Below, one piece after another: positions 54,896-64,000 of a stretch of 64,000 bases of DNA. Origin of the DNA: Planctomycetota bacterium. Lineage in GTDB: Bacteria > Planctomycetota > UBA1135. Within the stretch, counting starts at the first letter, position 1. Each line of letters starts with the position of its first letter. The DNA is taken from the NCBI GenBank assembly GCA_021776925.1, contig JAJFFB010000042.1:1961-65960 (forward strand), written 5' to 3'. Made by a program: the position numbers and the translations under genes. The notes beneath the pieces were generated by a model that worked only from the letters and a program-made list of their open reading frames with translations, searched no databases and was not told the origin of the DNA.

Positions 54896-55858
54896 GTGCG
54901 CAGTGGGCACGCCGACCGCTTGCGCCGGGCACTGCTGTTCGGGCGGCTGCCTGCGCATGCGGGCAACCGTCGGCATCCGCTCCCGGCGGGCTTGTGCGAG
55001 GAGCTGGAGCAGGAGTACTGCTGGGTATCGATGCGCTCAGAGCAGCAGGTCGCGGCCGCCGACGGATCACTCAAGCACCTGTTACGGCTGCACGACGGCG
55101 AAGCGATCGAGGCGGTCGCGCTGCCCGGAACCACGGCGCCTTCGGCGTGCTTGTCGAGCCAGGTCGGTTGTGCGGTGGCGTGCACTTTCTGCGCATCGGG
55201 TCTGCACGGCGTAGTGCGCAACCTGCACGCCCACGAGTTTCTCGAGCAGGTGGTGCTGCTGCGTCGCGCCCGCCCGTTGCGGCGGCTGGTGTTGATGGGG
55301 GCGGGCGAACCGACCCACAACCTGGGCAACCTCGCCAACGCGCTCGAGGTCCTGCGCAACGAAGGCGAAATCGGTCCGCGTCACGTGATGGTGTCGACGG
55401 TCGGCCCGGCAGCGGCCATTCAGCGGCTGGCCGAGTTGGGGCGGCGCTTCACCCTGGCGCTTTCCCTGCACGCGCTGGATCAGGAGCTGCGGGCGCAGCT
55501 GATCCCGACCCAGGCTCACGTCGCGCCGCTCGACTTGCTGCAGGCCGCCGACGCCTACGCCGCGCGCAGTGGCCGAGCCTACCAATTGGAGTGGGTGCTG
55601 CTCGGCGGCGTCAATGACTCGAACGCGCAGGCCCGCGATCTTGCCGCGGCCCTGCGCGGTCGCCGCGTGCACGTCAGTCTGATCCGTTGGAATCCAGTTG
55701 CCGAGCTGGATCAGCTGCAGCCGTCGGGCGTCGCCCAGGCCGAGGCCTTTGCCGCGCGGCTGCACGGGGCCGGAGTCTCGTGCCGATTGCGCCTGACGGT
55801 GGGTGGCGACAGCGACGCCGCCTGCGGCCAGTTACGCCGCCGGGCTCAGCTGGCGTAG
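54896..55858 (+). CDS. RlmN/Cfr-family radical SAM RNA methyltransferase
   Basis: CLSSQVGCAVACTFC, MGAGEP, SLH, GVND, AACGQL. Start uncertain; the frame is open further upstream. Confidence 0.85.
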   Translation: MRSGHADRLRRALLFGRLPAHAGNRRHPLPAGLCEELEQEYCWVSMRSEQQVAAADGSLKHLLRLHDGEAIEAVALPGTTAPSACLSSQVGCAVACTFCASGLHGVVRNLHAHEFLEQVVLLRRARPLRRLVLMGAGEPTHNLGNLANALEVLRNEGEIGPRHVMVSTVGPAAAIQRLAELGRRFTLALSLHALDQELRAQLIPTQAHVAPLDLLQAADAYAARSGRAYQLEWVLLGGVNDSNAQARDLAAALRGRRVHVSLIRWNPVAELDQLQPSGVAQAEAFAARLHGAGVSCRLRLTVGGDSDAACGQLRRRAQLA

Positions 55859-56688
55859 GGCTGCTTGCGCGCGTGCGGCGTGTAGGCGAGGATGCGCCCG
55901 AGGGTTTCGGTCATCTGCTCGCGCAGGGTGATCAGGTCGACCTGGCCCTTGTCGAGCAGGAACTCCGAGCGCTGGAAGCCTTCGGGGAGATCCTGGCGGA
56001 TGGTGTTCTTGATCACCCGCGGACCGGCAAAACCGATCAAGGCCTTGGGCTCGGCGATCATCACGTCGCAGACACTGGCGAAGGACGCGGTCACGCCGCC
56101 GGTGGTGGGGTTGGTCAGCACCGAAATCGAGAAGCCGCCGTTGTGCCGATAGTGCTGCAGGGCGGCGCAGGTCTTGGCCATCTGCATCAGCGAGATCGCG
56201 CCCTCGTGCATGCGCGCGCCGCCGCTGGCGGAGAAGATCACGATCGGCAGTTTTTTCTCTTCGGCGAGTTCGATCGCGCGCGCCAGTTTTTCGCCGACCA
56301 CCTCGCCCATCGAACCGCCCATGAAGGAGAAGTCGAGCACCGCCAGCACCACCGGGTGGTCGGCGATGCGGCAGGTGCCGGCGAAGCAGGCGTCGGCCTG
56401 GCCGGTTTTCTCCTGAGCCAGCACGAGCTTCTCGGCGTAGGGGATGGTGTCGACGAAGTCGAGGCGGTCACGCGGCTGCAGATCGGTGAACTCTTCCTCG
56501 AAGGTGCCGGGGTCGGCGGTGATCTCGATGCGCCGGCGCCCGCTGACGGTGTGATGGAAACCACACTTCGGGCACACGTGGAGCTTTTCGGCCAGCTCCT
56601 TGGTGTAGATCAAGGCTCCGCAGTCCTTGCACTTGGACCACAAACCTCCGGGCATGTCCCGTTTTCTGCGCAGGCGTCCCCAGGCCAT
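55846..56688 (-). CDS. accD: Acetyl-CoA carboxylase carboxyltransferase beta subunit
   Basis: Zn finger WSKCKDC...VCPKC, FMGGSMG, SGGARMHEG, PTTGGVTASF, GFAGPRVI, FQRSEFLL. Confidence 0.96.
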   Translation of the reverse strand: MAWGRLRRKRDMPGGLWSKCKDCGALIYTKELAEKLHVCPKCGFHHTVSGRRRIEITADPGTFEEEFTDLQPRDRLDFVDTIPYAEKLVLAQEKTGQADACFAGTCRIADHPVVLAVLDFSFMGGSMGEVVGEKLARAIELAEEKKLPIVIFSASGGARMHEGAISLMQMAKTCAALQHYRHNGGFSISVLTNPTTGGVTASFASVCDVMIAEPKALIGFAGPRVIKNTIRQDLPEGFQRSEFLLDKGQVDLITLREQMTETLGRILAYTPHARKQPYAS

Positions 56689-56759
56689 GTGCTCCAGTCT
56701 ACCCGTGCGCCCTCAGGCCCGGTGCAGCGGCCCGCGTGCGCGCGCAGGCGGGGTGCTGC

Positions 56760-57986
56760 TCAGAACATGTCGGGGCACCACGGCGACGGCCCGGCGAAGG
56801 CCATCGTGGCGAGGGCCAGGGCCTCGGGGGGGCCCTCGATCAGTCCGCGGCGGGCGAGTTCTTCGGCGCTGGCGAAAGCGGTATACAAGGCGGCCATGCC
56901 GCGGACGTCGGCGCGCAGGGGGGGGCTGGAGCCGGCCTCGTTGAGGCGCTCACAGTGCCCGCGGCCGCCACTCAGACGCAGCAGGAAATCTCCCTGGTTG
57001 GCGGGCAGCAGCGGGTCGTCGAGGTGAACGCTGAACTCCAGCTCAAGGCCGGCGGGAAAGCCGCGTGCGGCGATTGCGCCGGGCAGATCGAGGATGCGTG
57101 TCATCCACAACTCGCGCACGCGCATGGCGCCGCGCGTTTCGGGCAGAGCCAGCACCAGTGGGTGGTGCGGCGCCAGCGGCAGAGTCACGCTTTCGGCCAT
57201 GGCGCCATAGCCGCCAAGGAAGTCGAGCAGCGCGGTCATGGCTTCGGCGTCGGCGGCCTCAAGCCCCATGACCTCGATCGCGTGGCGCTCCTGCTGCTGG
57301 GTCACCTGGCGCAGCGCGATCCAGCCGCGCAGCTTGTGCTCCTGGTCGTGGAACTGGAAGGTGCGCACCGGGCCCAGACGCGAACGCAGGATGCGGTTCC
57401 AGATGTAGTCGCCGCGGTCGAGGTGGCCGTTGCGTGCCGGAGCCAGGTCGCGGTAGAGATCGCGCAAATCGCGAGTGGCGTGGGCATCGAGCGCCTTGGG
57501 CAGGGCGGCATTGGCAGCTGCGTCGAGGCGGCTGAGGTGCAGGGCGTGGCGGCCACGCGGAATCCGGGTGAGTTCGAGTTCGATGCTGGGCAGGGTGCCG
57601 GCGACCTCGTAGCCGACGCTGCGATACAGCGGCTGGGTCGACGGGTAGAGCGTCGAGATCGGCGCCATGGGCGCCATTTCGCGCACGCTTTCCTCCATCA
57701 GCGTGCGGCCGAGCCCGCGGCCGCGGTATTCGGGGCGCACCGTGACTCCGGCGAGGCCGACCATCGGCACCGCCCGCCCGCCGAAAAACTGCCCCATCGG
57801 CAGCAGGATCGAAGTCGCGGCGAAGCGGCCGTCGACTTCGATCACGCGGATGAAGTCGGCGCCCACCTGTTCGACCCACGCCGGGATGCCGTCGGTGGAG
57901 GTGGCGAAGGCCTCGGCGATCGCGCGGGCGTGGTCCTCGGCGTCGCGGCCGGGGTCGTAGACGCGGTAGCCGCGGGCGTGGTCCAT
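56760..57986 (-). CDS. Eis-family GNAT acetyltransferase
   Basis: VTVRPEYRGRGLG, LYRSVGY, MTRILD, C-terminal PWCPDMF. Confidence 0.88.
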   Translation of the reverse strand: MDHARGYRVYDPGRDAEDHARAIAEAFATSTDGIPAWVEQVGADFIRVIEVDGRFAATSILLPMGQFFGGRAVPMVGLAGVTVRPEYRGRGLGRTLMEESVREMAPMAPISTLYPSTQPLYRSVGYEVAGTLPSIELELTRIPRGRHALHLSRLDAAANAALPKALDAHATRDLRDLYRDLAPARNGHLDRGDYIWNRILRSRLGPVRTFQFHDQEHKLRGWIALRQVTQQQERHAIEVMGLEAADAEAMTALLDFLGGYGAMAESVTLPLAPHHPLVLALPETRGAMRVRELWMTRILDLPGAIAARGFPAGLELEFSVHLDDPLLPANQGDFLLRLSGGRGHCERLNEAGSSPPLRADVRGMAALYTAFASAEELARRGLIEGPPEALALATMAFAGPSPWCPDMF

Positions 57987-57991
57987 CTCGA

Positions 57992-58663
57992 TCAGGTCGT
58001 GGCCAGCGCGCTTTCGGCCTGCTCGCGCAACTCGGCGAGCGCGGCTGCCATGTCGGTGGCGCGGAACAGGAAAGTGCCGGCGACGAGGACGTTGGCGCCG
58101 GCTTCGGCGCAGGCGGGACCGGTCGCGGCGGTGACGCCGCCGTCCATCTGGATGTCACCCTGATAGCCCCAGGAGCGCAGCGCGCGCACCTTGTCGAGGA
58201 CCTCGGGGAGGAAGCTCTGGCCGCCGAAACCGGCGTGCACCGACATCACCAGGATCAGATCGATGCGCTCGAGAAAGGGCTTCAGGTCGTCGACCGGGCA
58301 CGGCGGGTTGACCGCCACGCCGACCGGGCAGCCGGTGTCGCGGAAGGCCTCGAGGGTGGCGTCGAAATCGGATTGGGCGGCCTCGTAGTGGAAGGTGAGC
58401 AGATCGGCGCCGGCGTCGGCGTAGCGCTGGGCCCAGGCGCCCGGGTCTTCGATCATCAGGTGCACGTCGAGCGGCCGCTGCGCGACCTTTTTGATCGACT
58501 CGATGACGGGCGGTCCGAGCGACAGGTTGGGTACGAAATGGCCGTCCATGACGTCGACGTGGTGCCAGTCGGCGCCGGCCTGCTCGGCGCGGGCCAGTTC
58601 CTCGCCGAGGCGGTGGAAGTCGCAGGCGAGCAGCGACGGGGCAATGCGCACGGGCAGGGACAT
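57992..58663 (-). CDS. rpe: Ribulose-phosphate 3-epimerase
   Basis: IAPSLL, HVDVMDGHFVPN, DVHLMI, MSVHAGFGGQ, MDGG, VAGT. Confidence 0.96.
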   Translation of the reverse strand: MSLPVRIAPSLLACDFHRLGEELARAEQAGADWHHVDVMDGHFVPNLSLGPPVIESIKKVAQRPLDVHLMIEDPGAWAQRYADAGADLLTFHYEAAQSDFDATLEAFRDTGCPVGVAVNPPCPVDDLKPFLERIDLILVMSVHAGFGGQSFLPEVLDKVRALRSWGYQGDIQMDGGVTAATGPACAEAGANVLVAGTFLFRATDMAAALAELREQAESALATT

Positions 58664-58784
58664 CGCCGGCATTCTACGCCTTTGCTGACCCCTTTCAGCG
58701 GCCAAGCGTGTTGTTGCAGGAGTCCGCGTGGAACCCGTGTTCCCGCTCTCCCTGAAAACAACACCACAGCAATCCACCGCAAAC

Positions 58785-61313
58785 ATGCGCCTCTCCCTCC
58801 CCTCTGCCGTCTTGTTCGGCTTGATCTCGGCTTCCCTGCCGGCCGCCCAAGGGCAGCCCGGCGCCGGCAGCCCCCAACTTCACCCGCTGTTCGCCCCGCC
58901 GCCTTCCGGCTCGGGGGCGGCGCTGTACGCCGACCAGGCGGCGGTGCTGCAGCGCAACGTGGTCCTCGACCTCGAGCTGCTCGGCAGCAACGACGCCGGC
59001 GAGCTGCGGCCTGAGGACGGCGTGCTGATCAACCTCTTCGACGGCGTCGAATTCGTCGGCCGCTTCCAGGGTTATCAGCCGATCCATGACGGCGGCTACG
59101 TGGCCGAATTCGCGCTGCAAGGCGTGGATCACGGTTTCGCCTTTTTCTCGGTCATGGACGAGGCGGTGGTTGCCACCGTGCGCGCCGACGGTGAGCTCTA
59201 CAAGGTGAATTACGTCGGCGGCGGTACGCACACGGTCTCCCACATCGACGAGAGCCTGGAGCCCGCCTGTGGCACCGACCAGGGCTTCTCGGTCGGCGCT
59301 GGCGGTCAGGCCGGTCATGGCACCCCGCCGGGCTCCGGCGGCCGTTTCATCGATCACGAGATCGACGTCATGGTGCTCTACACCGATGACGCGCGCGCCA
59401 GCAACGGCGGCAGCAGCGGCATCAACGCGCTGATCAACCTCGCCATCTTCGAGACCAACAAGGGCTTCAGCCAGTCCGACGTCGCCTCGCGCTACATGCT
59501 GGTGCACACCGAAGAAGTGGCCTACGCCGAGACCGGCGATGAGGTCACGCTGCTCAGCCGCCTGCGCGGGACCGCCGACGGTTTCCTCGATGAGATCCAC
59601 GCCTTGCGCGACGCCTACGGCGCCGACCTGGTCTCGTGCATCTACGACAGCGGTTCCTACTGCGGCGTGGGCTACCTGATGACCACGCTGTCGACGACCT
59701 TCGAGTCGAGCGCCTTCAACGTGGTGCGCGACAGCTGCGCCACCGGCTACTACAGCTTCGGCCACGAATGCGGCCACAACAGCGGCAGTGCCCACGACAC
59801 CGCCAACGCCGGTTCGGCGGTGTTCAGCTACTCCTACGGCTGGCGCACCAGCGACAGCGCCTACCGCACGGTGATGGCCTACGCTCCGGGTTCCCGCATC
59901 CTGTTCTGGTCCAACCCCGACAAGGTCGCGCCCAACGGTCTGGTGCTCGGCACTACCACCGACGACAACGCGCGTTCGCAGAACGACGTCGCCACCACGG
60001 TTTCGGCGTTCCGCTCCAGCGTCGACTATGGGCACCGCGTACTGACCCAGATGAACAGCAACAACGGCTTCGCCGGCAACATGTTCAATCTCACGCCGAA
60101 GACCGACGTCGAGGTCTGGGCGCTGGCGGTCAACACTTCATCGACCGGCACCGAGAGCTTCGACGTGTGGGTGCGCGAAGGCGGCTACCAGGGTTATGAG
60201 AGCAATTCCGCCGCGTGGGAACTGTGGGGCTCGTACACGCGCACGACCTGCGCCGGCACCGACGGCTACACCTACATCTACCCCGGTACGCGCCAGTTCG
60301 ACGGCGACACCACCTACGGCGTCTACATCGACATGACCACGCAACCGACCAGTGGCAGCACCTTCCGCTACACCAATGGCGCGGCGCAGTCGTGGGAGAA
60401 CAACTTCCTGCGCGTCGAAACCGGCATTGGCAAGGGTGCGGGCTTCGCCGGCAGCACGATTGCCGACCGCCAGTGGAACGGCGCGCTCTACTACCGCGGC
60501 GCCACCGGCCAGGTCGCCCTGTCGACCACCTTCGCCAGCAACAACGGTTTCGCCGGCAACATGTTCGACCTGGAAGTTGCGAATAGCGTCACCGTGCACA
60601 GTTTCGACGTCAACATCGACAGCACCGCCGGTGCGGGCACCGCCCACGTCGATGTGTGGATGCGCACCGGCTCCTACGTCGGTCACGAGGACGACTCCAA
60701 CGACTGGACCTACCTCGGCACCGATCTGGCCACCGTCGCCGCCGGCAGCGACAACTCCACCCGCGTCGCGGTGGGGGACGTCAACCTCAGCGCCGGCACC
60801 ACCTACGCCTTCTACTTCAACCTGGCGAGCTACCCCAGCGGGCAGATCATGCGCTACACCAACGCCGCCGGCGGCGAGGTGTTCGAGAACTCCGACCTGC
60901 GCATCGGCCCAGGTGTCGGCACCACCGGCGAGGCATTCACCGGCGGCACCATCTCCAACCGCATCTGGAACGGACGCATCCATTACTCCGGCAACCACAG
61001 CGGACCGCACCTGTGGATGGCCGACCTGCAAGGCGATGCGACCAACTTCGTGCACATGGCCGGCTGCGTGCCCGGCGCTCAGCAGTGGGCCTCGTGGTCG
61101 GTTGCCGGTGGCGGTCCGCAGGGCTCGCCCTGGGGCACGGTCTACCTCAGCAATCCCTACTTCACCCTGCCGCCGATCGCCGCGGATGGCAACGGCAACG
61201 CCACCCTCTCGACCTACAGCCCGCCGGCCGCCTCCGGCCGCCAGGTCTGGGTGCAGTCGCTCGACGCCGGCAACCTGAGCTTGACCAACGGGGCGACCCT
61301 GGTCATTCAGTGA
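58785..61313 (+). CDS. Secreted M12/reprolysin-like zinc metalloprotease with two tandem ~160-aa beta domains and a C-terminal domain
   Basis: HECGHNSGSAH zinc motif, Met-turn TVMAY, ADLV; NNGFAGNMF repeated 480 nt apart. Confidence 0.88.
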   Translation: MRLSLPSAVLFGLISASLPAAQGQPGAGSPQLHPLFAPPPSGSGAALYADQAAVLQRNVVLDLELLGSNDAGELRPEDGVLINLFDGVEFVGRFQGYQPIHDGGYVAEFALQGVDHGFAFFSVMDEAVVATVRADGELYKVNYVGGGTHTVSHIDESLEPACGTDQGFSVGAGGQAGHGTPPGSGGRFIDHEIDVMVLYTDDARASNGGSSGINALINLAIFETNKGFSQSDVASRYMLVHTEEVAYAETGDEVTLLSRLRGTADGFLDEIHALRDAYGADLVSCIYDSGSYCGVGYLMTTLSTTFESSAFNVVRDSCATGYYSFGHECGHNSGSAHDTANAGSAVFSYSYGWRTSDSAYRTVMAYAPGSRILFWSNPDKVAPNGLVLGTTTDDNARSQNDVATTVSAFRSSVDYGHRVLTQMNSNNGFAGNMFNLTPKTDVEVWALAVNTSSTGTESFDVWVREGGYQGYESNSAAWELWGSYTRTTCAGTDGYTYIYPGTRQFDGDTTYGVYIDMTTQPTSGSTFRYTNGAAQSWENNFLRVETGIGKGAGFAGSTIADRQWNGALYYRGATGQVALSTTFASNNGFAGNMFDLEVANSVTVHSFDVNIDSTAGAGTAHVDVWMRTGSYVGHEDDSNDWTYLGTDLATVAAGSDNSTRVAVGDVNLSAGTTYAFYFNLASYPSGQIMRYTNAAGGEVFENSDLRIGPGVGTTGEAFTGGTISNRIWNGRIHYSGNHSGPHLWMADLQGDATNFVHMAGCVPGAQQWASWSVAGGGPQGSPWGTVYLSNPYFTLPPIAADGNGNATLSTYSPPAASGRQVWVQSLDAGNLSLTNGATLVIQ

Positions 61314-61328
61314 ACCTCTCCTGAAACG

Positions 61329-61378
61329 GGCCCGCAAGGGCCGCGCGGGCCTCTTCCGGCAGGAAGGGGCCCGCTTCT
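61329..61378 (+). terminator. Twin GC hairpins after the protease gene (possible terminator)
   Basis: GGCCC-GCAA-GGGCC, then GCGGGCCTCTTCC-GGCA-GGAAGGGGCCCGC followed by only TTCT. Confidence 0.55.
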
Positions 61379-61399
61379 GGTTGAGGGTAGAATCCTGGC

Positions 61400-61720
61400 A
61401 TGAAACTGCCTCCTCTGCTGCAGCAGTTCGCCAATTACTGGGAGAAGAACCCGGCGCTGGGTTCGGTGGTGGCGCTGGTCGCGGTCGCGGTCCTGCTGCT
61501 GATCCTGCGCAAGAGCATCAAGTTCTTCGTCGTGCTGATCCTGCTCGGGGTGGTGGCGATCCTGGCCTCCTATTTCTTTTATGGTCCGGACAAGACCAAC
61601 AAGGCCATTCGCGAGGGAACCCAGCAGGCGGCCGAACGCGGCAAGGATCTGCTGGAGAGGGCCCGCGAAAACGGCGAGGAAGAGGCCCCGATGGAAGAAG
61701 GGCAGCCGGCGGGCGGATAA
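61400..61720 (+). CDS. Small membrane protein (two TM helices)
   Basis: Two hydrophobic segments and an acidic tail; TAGAAT 6 nt upstream of the ATG. Confidence 0.7.
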   Translation: MKLPPLLQQFANYWEKNPALGSVVALVAVAVLLLILRKSIKFFVVLILLGVVAILASYFFYGPDKTNKAIREGTQQAAERGKDLLERARENGEEEAPMEEGQPAGG

Positions 61721-61787
61721 ACAACTTGATGGGATTGTTTTCGGATCGCGCGGCGGAGGTTTGCGCGGATTGGCCAACGCCTGGGCT

Positions 61788-61827
61788 TGGAATCAGTATG
61801 ATATCTATGTGATATCACTTTGGTATC
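61788..61827 (+). promoter_or_regulatory. Candidate operator: four phased TGRWATC boxes
   Basis: TGGAATC (61788), TGATATC (61799), TGATATC (61810), TGGTATC (61821), exactly 11 nt apart; palindrome GTGATATCAC at 61809-61818. Confidence 0.7.
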
Positions 61828-61845
61828 GCATGTCCCATCCTAGCC

Positions 61846-62727
61846 ATGATCCAGGAACGCTCACTGACGGTTCGCTCCGGCCTGCCGATCCTCATTTTCG
61901 TTGTGCCCTTGTGGTTCGCCGGCGCCATTGCCAGTTTCGTCATGGCGGCCAACTTCCGCGACGACTTCAGCACCGGCGTGTGCGTGGTGCTGGGTTTCTT
62001 GTTGATGATCTTTTTCATCCTTACCTTGGTCGGCTTCTTCGCCGTCAACCCGAACGAAGCGCGCGTGGTGCAGCTGTTTGGCCGCTATAACGGCACCGTT
62101 CACGATCAGGGACTGTGGTGGACCAACCCATTCACCAGCCGGCGCAAGGTCTCGGTGCGGGTGCGCAACTTCGACAGCGACAAGCTCAAGGTCAACGACC
62201 ACGAGGGCAATCCGGTCGAGATCGGGGCGGTGGTGGTGTGGAAGGTGGTCGACACCGCCGAGGCCGTGTTCGAGGTCGATGACTACGAAGATTACGTCGA
62301 GGTGCAGAGTGAATCGGCGCTGCGCAACCTCGCCACCCACTACCCCTACGACGCGCACGATGGGTCTTCTGTCGCGCTGCGCAGTCATACCGCCGAGATC
62401 GCCGAGCGCTTGCGCGACGAAGTCCAGGAACGCTTGTCAAAAGCGGGAGTCGAGGTGCTCGAGGCGCGCATCAGCCACCTCGCCTACGCCCCCGAGATCG
62501 CCAGCGCGATGCTGCAGCGGCAGCAGGCCAGCGCGATCATCGCCGCGCGTTCGAAGATCGTCGACGGCGCGGTGGGAATGGTCGAGATGGCGCTCAACAA
62601 ACTGCGCGAGAAGGAAGTGGTTGAACTCGACGAGGAGCGCAAGGCGCAGATGGTCAGCAACCTGCTGGTGGTCCTGTGCGGGGACAAAGCGACTCAGCCG
62701 GTGATCAACGCCGGGACCATTTATTGA
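61846..62727 (+). CDS. SPFH/band 7 domain membrane protein
   Basis: Two TM helices, [58 protein letters not shown]. Confidence 0.92.
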   Translation: MIQERSLTVRSGLPILIFVVPLWFAGAIASFVMAANFRDDFSTGVCVVLGFLLMIFFILTLVGFFAVNPNEARVVQLFGRYNGTVHDQGLWWTNPFTSRRKVSVRVRNFDSDKLKVNDHEGNPVEIGAVVVWKVVDTAEAVFEVDDYEDYVEVQSESALRNLATHYPYDAHDGSSVALRSHTAEIAERLRDEVQERLSKAGVEVLEARISHLAYAPEIASAMLQRQQASAIIAARSKIVDGAVGMVEMALNKLREKEVVELDEERKAQMVSNLLVVLCGDKATQPVINAGTIY

Positions 62728-62772
62728 CCCTGCTTGCCGGCCTCCGGCGACGGAGGCCGGTGGCTCACGCCC

Positions 62773-63036
62773 ATGGCCAAACGCAAGGCATTCCTGCTGC
62801 GAGTGGACCCGCAGGTCCATGATTCGCTGCGTCGCTGGGCTGAAGACGAGTTGCGCAGCCTCAACGCCCAGGTCGAATCGCTGTTGCGCCAGGCGTTGCA
62901 ACAGGCCGGTCGCCTCGATCACGAGGCTGAGGCACCGCCAGCGGGTCGCACTCCACCAGGCCACACTCCACCGGGCGCTGCGCCACGCATGCCGCCCGAC
63001 CAGGAAAAACCCAGGCCGGACGGCGAAGAAAATTGA
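62773..63036 (+). CDS. Arc/ribbon-helix-helix DNA-binding protein
   Basis: KAFLLRVDPQVHDSLRRWAEDELRSLNAQVESLLRQAL fits a beta-strand + two-helix RHH pattern. Confidence 0.8.
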   Translation: MAKRKAFLLRVDPQVHDSLRRWAEDELRSLNAQVESLLRQALQQAGRLDHEAEAPPAGRTPPGHTPPGAAPRMPPDQEKPRPDGEEN

Positions 63037-63057
63037 CCGCTACGACTTGCTGCGCGG

Positions 63058-63993
63058 TCAGGCGGTCTGCGCCTGGTGCATGTGCACGTCGCGCTGCGGG
63101 TAGGGGAAGCTCAACCCCTCTTGGTCGAAGGTCAGCTTGATCGTTTCGGTCAGGCCGAAATAGACGTTCCAGTAATCCGCGGTCTTGACCCACGGCCGCA
63201 CGACGAAGTTGACGCTGTTGTCGCCGAGTTCGGACACCGCCACGGTCCACGCCGGATCCTTCAGCACCAATTCGTTTTCGTCGAGGATGCGGTTGAGAAC
63301 CTGATGTGCCTTTTTGATGTCGTCGTCGTAACTGATGCCCACGACCAGATCGATGCGCCGAGTGCTCTTGGCCGAGTAATTGGTGATGGAGCTACCCATG
63401 ACCTCGCCGTTGGGTACCAGGATCTGCTTGTTGTCCCCGGTGCGCATGCGCGTGATGAAAATAGTGATCTCTTCGACCACGCCCGCGTGGCCGGCGGCCT
63501 CGATGAAATCCCCGCTCTTGAACGGACGGAAGATCATCAGCATGATCCCGGCGGCGAAGTTGCCGAGCGAACCCTGCAGTGCAAAACCCACCGCGAGGCC
63601 GGCGGCACCGACCACTGCAACGAGGGAGGTGGTGTTGACGTTGAGCGCCCCAAGCGCCGAAATCAGCACGATCACGGTCAGGCCCATTTTCACCAACTGG
63701 GCGAGGAATTTGCTCAGGGCGTCGTCGAACTTGCTCTTGCCCAGGCCCTTGCGTACCCCCTTGGCCACCATCTTGGCGATCCAAAGGCCGATGAACAGGG
63801 TGGCCAGCGCTTCGAGGAACATCGGCATGGACTTCAGAACAGAACTGACCAGCGCGTCCCAACCCTCGGACGGGTTGTTGAAGTAGTACTTGACCTGCTC
63901 CAGCATGGAGAGGGTGGGCTCCTCGATTTCGTCCTTTTCGGGGACGGGGGTTTCCTGAACGAGAGCGGTGAGGAGGTGGAGGAGGTGCATCAC
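63058..63993 (-). CDS. mscS: Small-conductance mechanosensitive channel
   Basis: GAAGLAVGFALQGSLGNFAAG, RPFKSGD, VPNG, FPYPQRDVH. Start lies near the window edge. Confidence 0.92.
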   Translation of the reverse strand: MMHLLHLLTALVQETPVPEKDEIEEPTLSMLEQVKYYFNNPSEGWDALVSSVLKSMPMFLEALATLFIGLWIAKMVAKGVRKGLGKSKFDDALSKFLAQLVKMGLTVIVLISALGALNVNTTSLVAVVGAAGLAVGFALQGSLGNFAAGIMLMIFRPFKSGDFIEAAGHAGVVEEITIFITRMRTGDNKQILVPNGEVMGSSITNYSAKSTRRIDLVVGISYDDDIKKAHQVLNRILDENELVLKDPAWTVAVSELGDNSVNFVVRPWVKTADYWNVYFGLTETIKLTFDQEGLSFPYPQRDVHMHQAQTA

Positions 63994-64000
63994 GAGGTGT

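Overview
GC-rich bacterial chromosomal window with about 45 genes. The gene content (ECF sigma next to a Ser/Thr kinase, FG-GAP/ASPIC, PQQ-propeller, prenyltransferase-repeat and FGE-fold secreted proteins) suggests Planctomycetota; this is inference only. No rRNA, tRNA, CRISPR array or transposase was recognised. Housekeeping-type genes are sbcDC, accD, rpe, apbE, mscS, a two-component system and an aminotransferase. Main points of interest: (1) a secreted FG-GAP/ASPIC-UnbV protein whose frame continues through an in-frame UGA (484-486) followed directly by a bacterial SECIS-like hairpin, i.e. a candidate unannotated selenoprotein; (2) a type II PKS/FAS-like island (18.2-25.8 kb) built by tandem duplication of a carrier protein + CLF-like + KS unit, with one carrier copy decayed; (3) a divergent ApbE / FGE-fold / two Tat oxidoreductase / cytochrome b562-like cluster with a candidate non-canonical flavinylation site; (4) an ECF-kinase pair facing a membrane-anchored PspA-like gene; (5) phased operator repeats upstream of an SPFH + RHH operon; (6) a multiply disrupted secreted hydrolase pseudogene. 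All product calls come from motifs read by eye; no database searches were run.
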